In this document: piece by piece, positions 63,949 to 64,000 of the stretch | Layout of the letters: each line of letters begins with the position of its first letter | Numbering within the stretch: the first letter of the stretch is position 1 | From: Octopus sinensis | Taxonomy: Eukaryota | DNA: 64,000 bases | Reading direction: 5' to 3' | Assembly (NCBI RefSeq): GCF_006345805.1 | Contig: NC_043008.1 | Location: 4,836,001 to 4,900,000, forward strand | Program-made: the position numbers and the translations under genes | The notes under the pieces: generated by a model | What the model was told of the DNA's origin: nothing | Databases searched by the model: none | Seen by the model: only the letters and a program-made list of their open reading frames with translations

Positions 63949-64000
63949 CTGGAACCAATAAACAGACATGAGAGACAACAAAACTGGGGGGGGGAGTAAT

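Overview
AT-rich, repeat-dense animal genomic DNA. The SINE, LINE and microsatellite types point to an octopod cephalopod (Octopus); this is inference from repeat families. There is one 100-N scaffold gap (19334-19433). The only protein-coding gene I can identify confidently is SUB1/PC4 (transcriptional coactivator p15) on the minus strand at the right end: its last three coding exons are present and its 5' end lies outside the window. The rest is mostly kb-scale (TA)n/(TATACA)n microsatellite and transposon fragments: CR1/L2-type LINEs, RTE LINEs, Penelope-like elements, several tRNA-derived SINE families, mariner/Tc1/maT and hAT DNA transposons, and a Helitron remnant. A CpG-richer, promoter-like region lies at about 50.4-52.8 kb. 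The most notable observations are: (1) a hammerhead ribozyme motif with a very long stem II in a Penelope-like repeat; (2) an 8 x 33 bp minisatellite made of CRE and CCAAT boxes next to ETS sites; (3) a 3' stem-loop shared by a LINE and a SINE family, with compensatory base changes; (4) an RTE with twin-priming-like 5' inversion and an internal template-switch-like palindrome, inserted into a head-to-tail SINE array. Most ORF-track entries are microsatellite artefacts. All family assignments come from motif recognition, not database searches.
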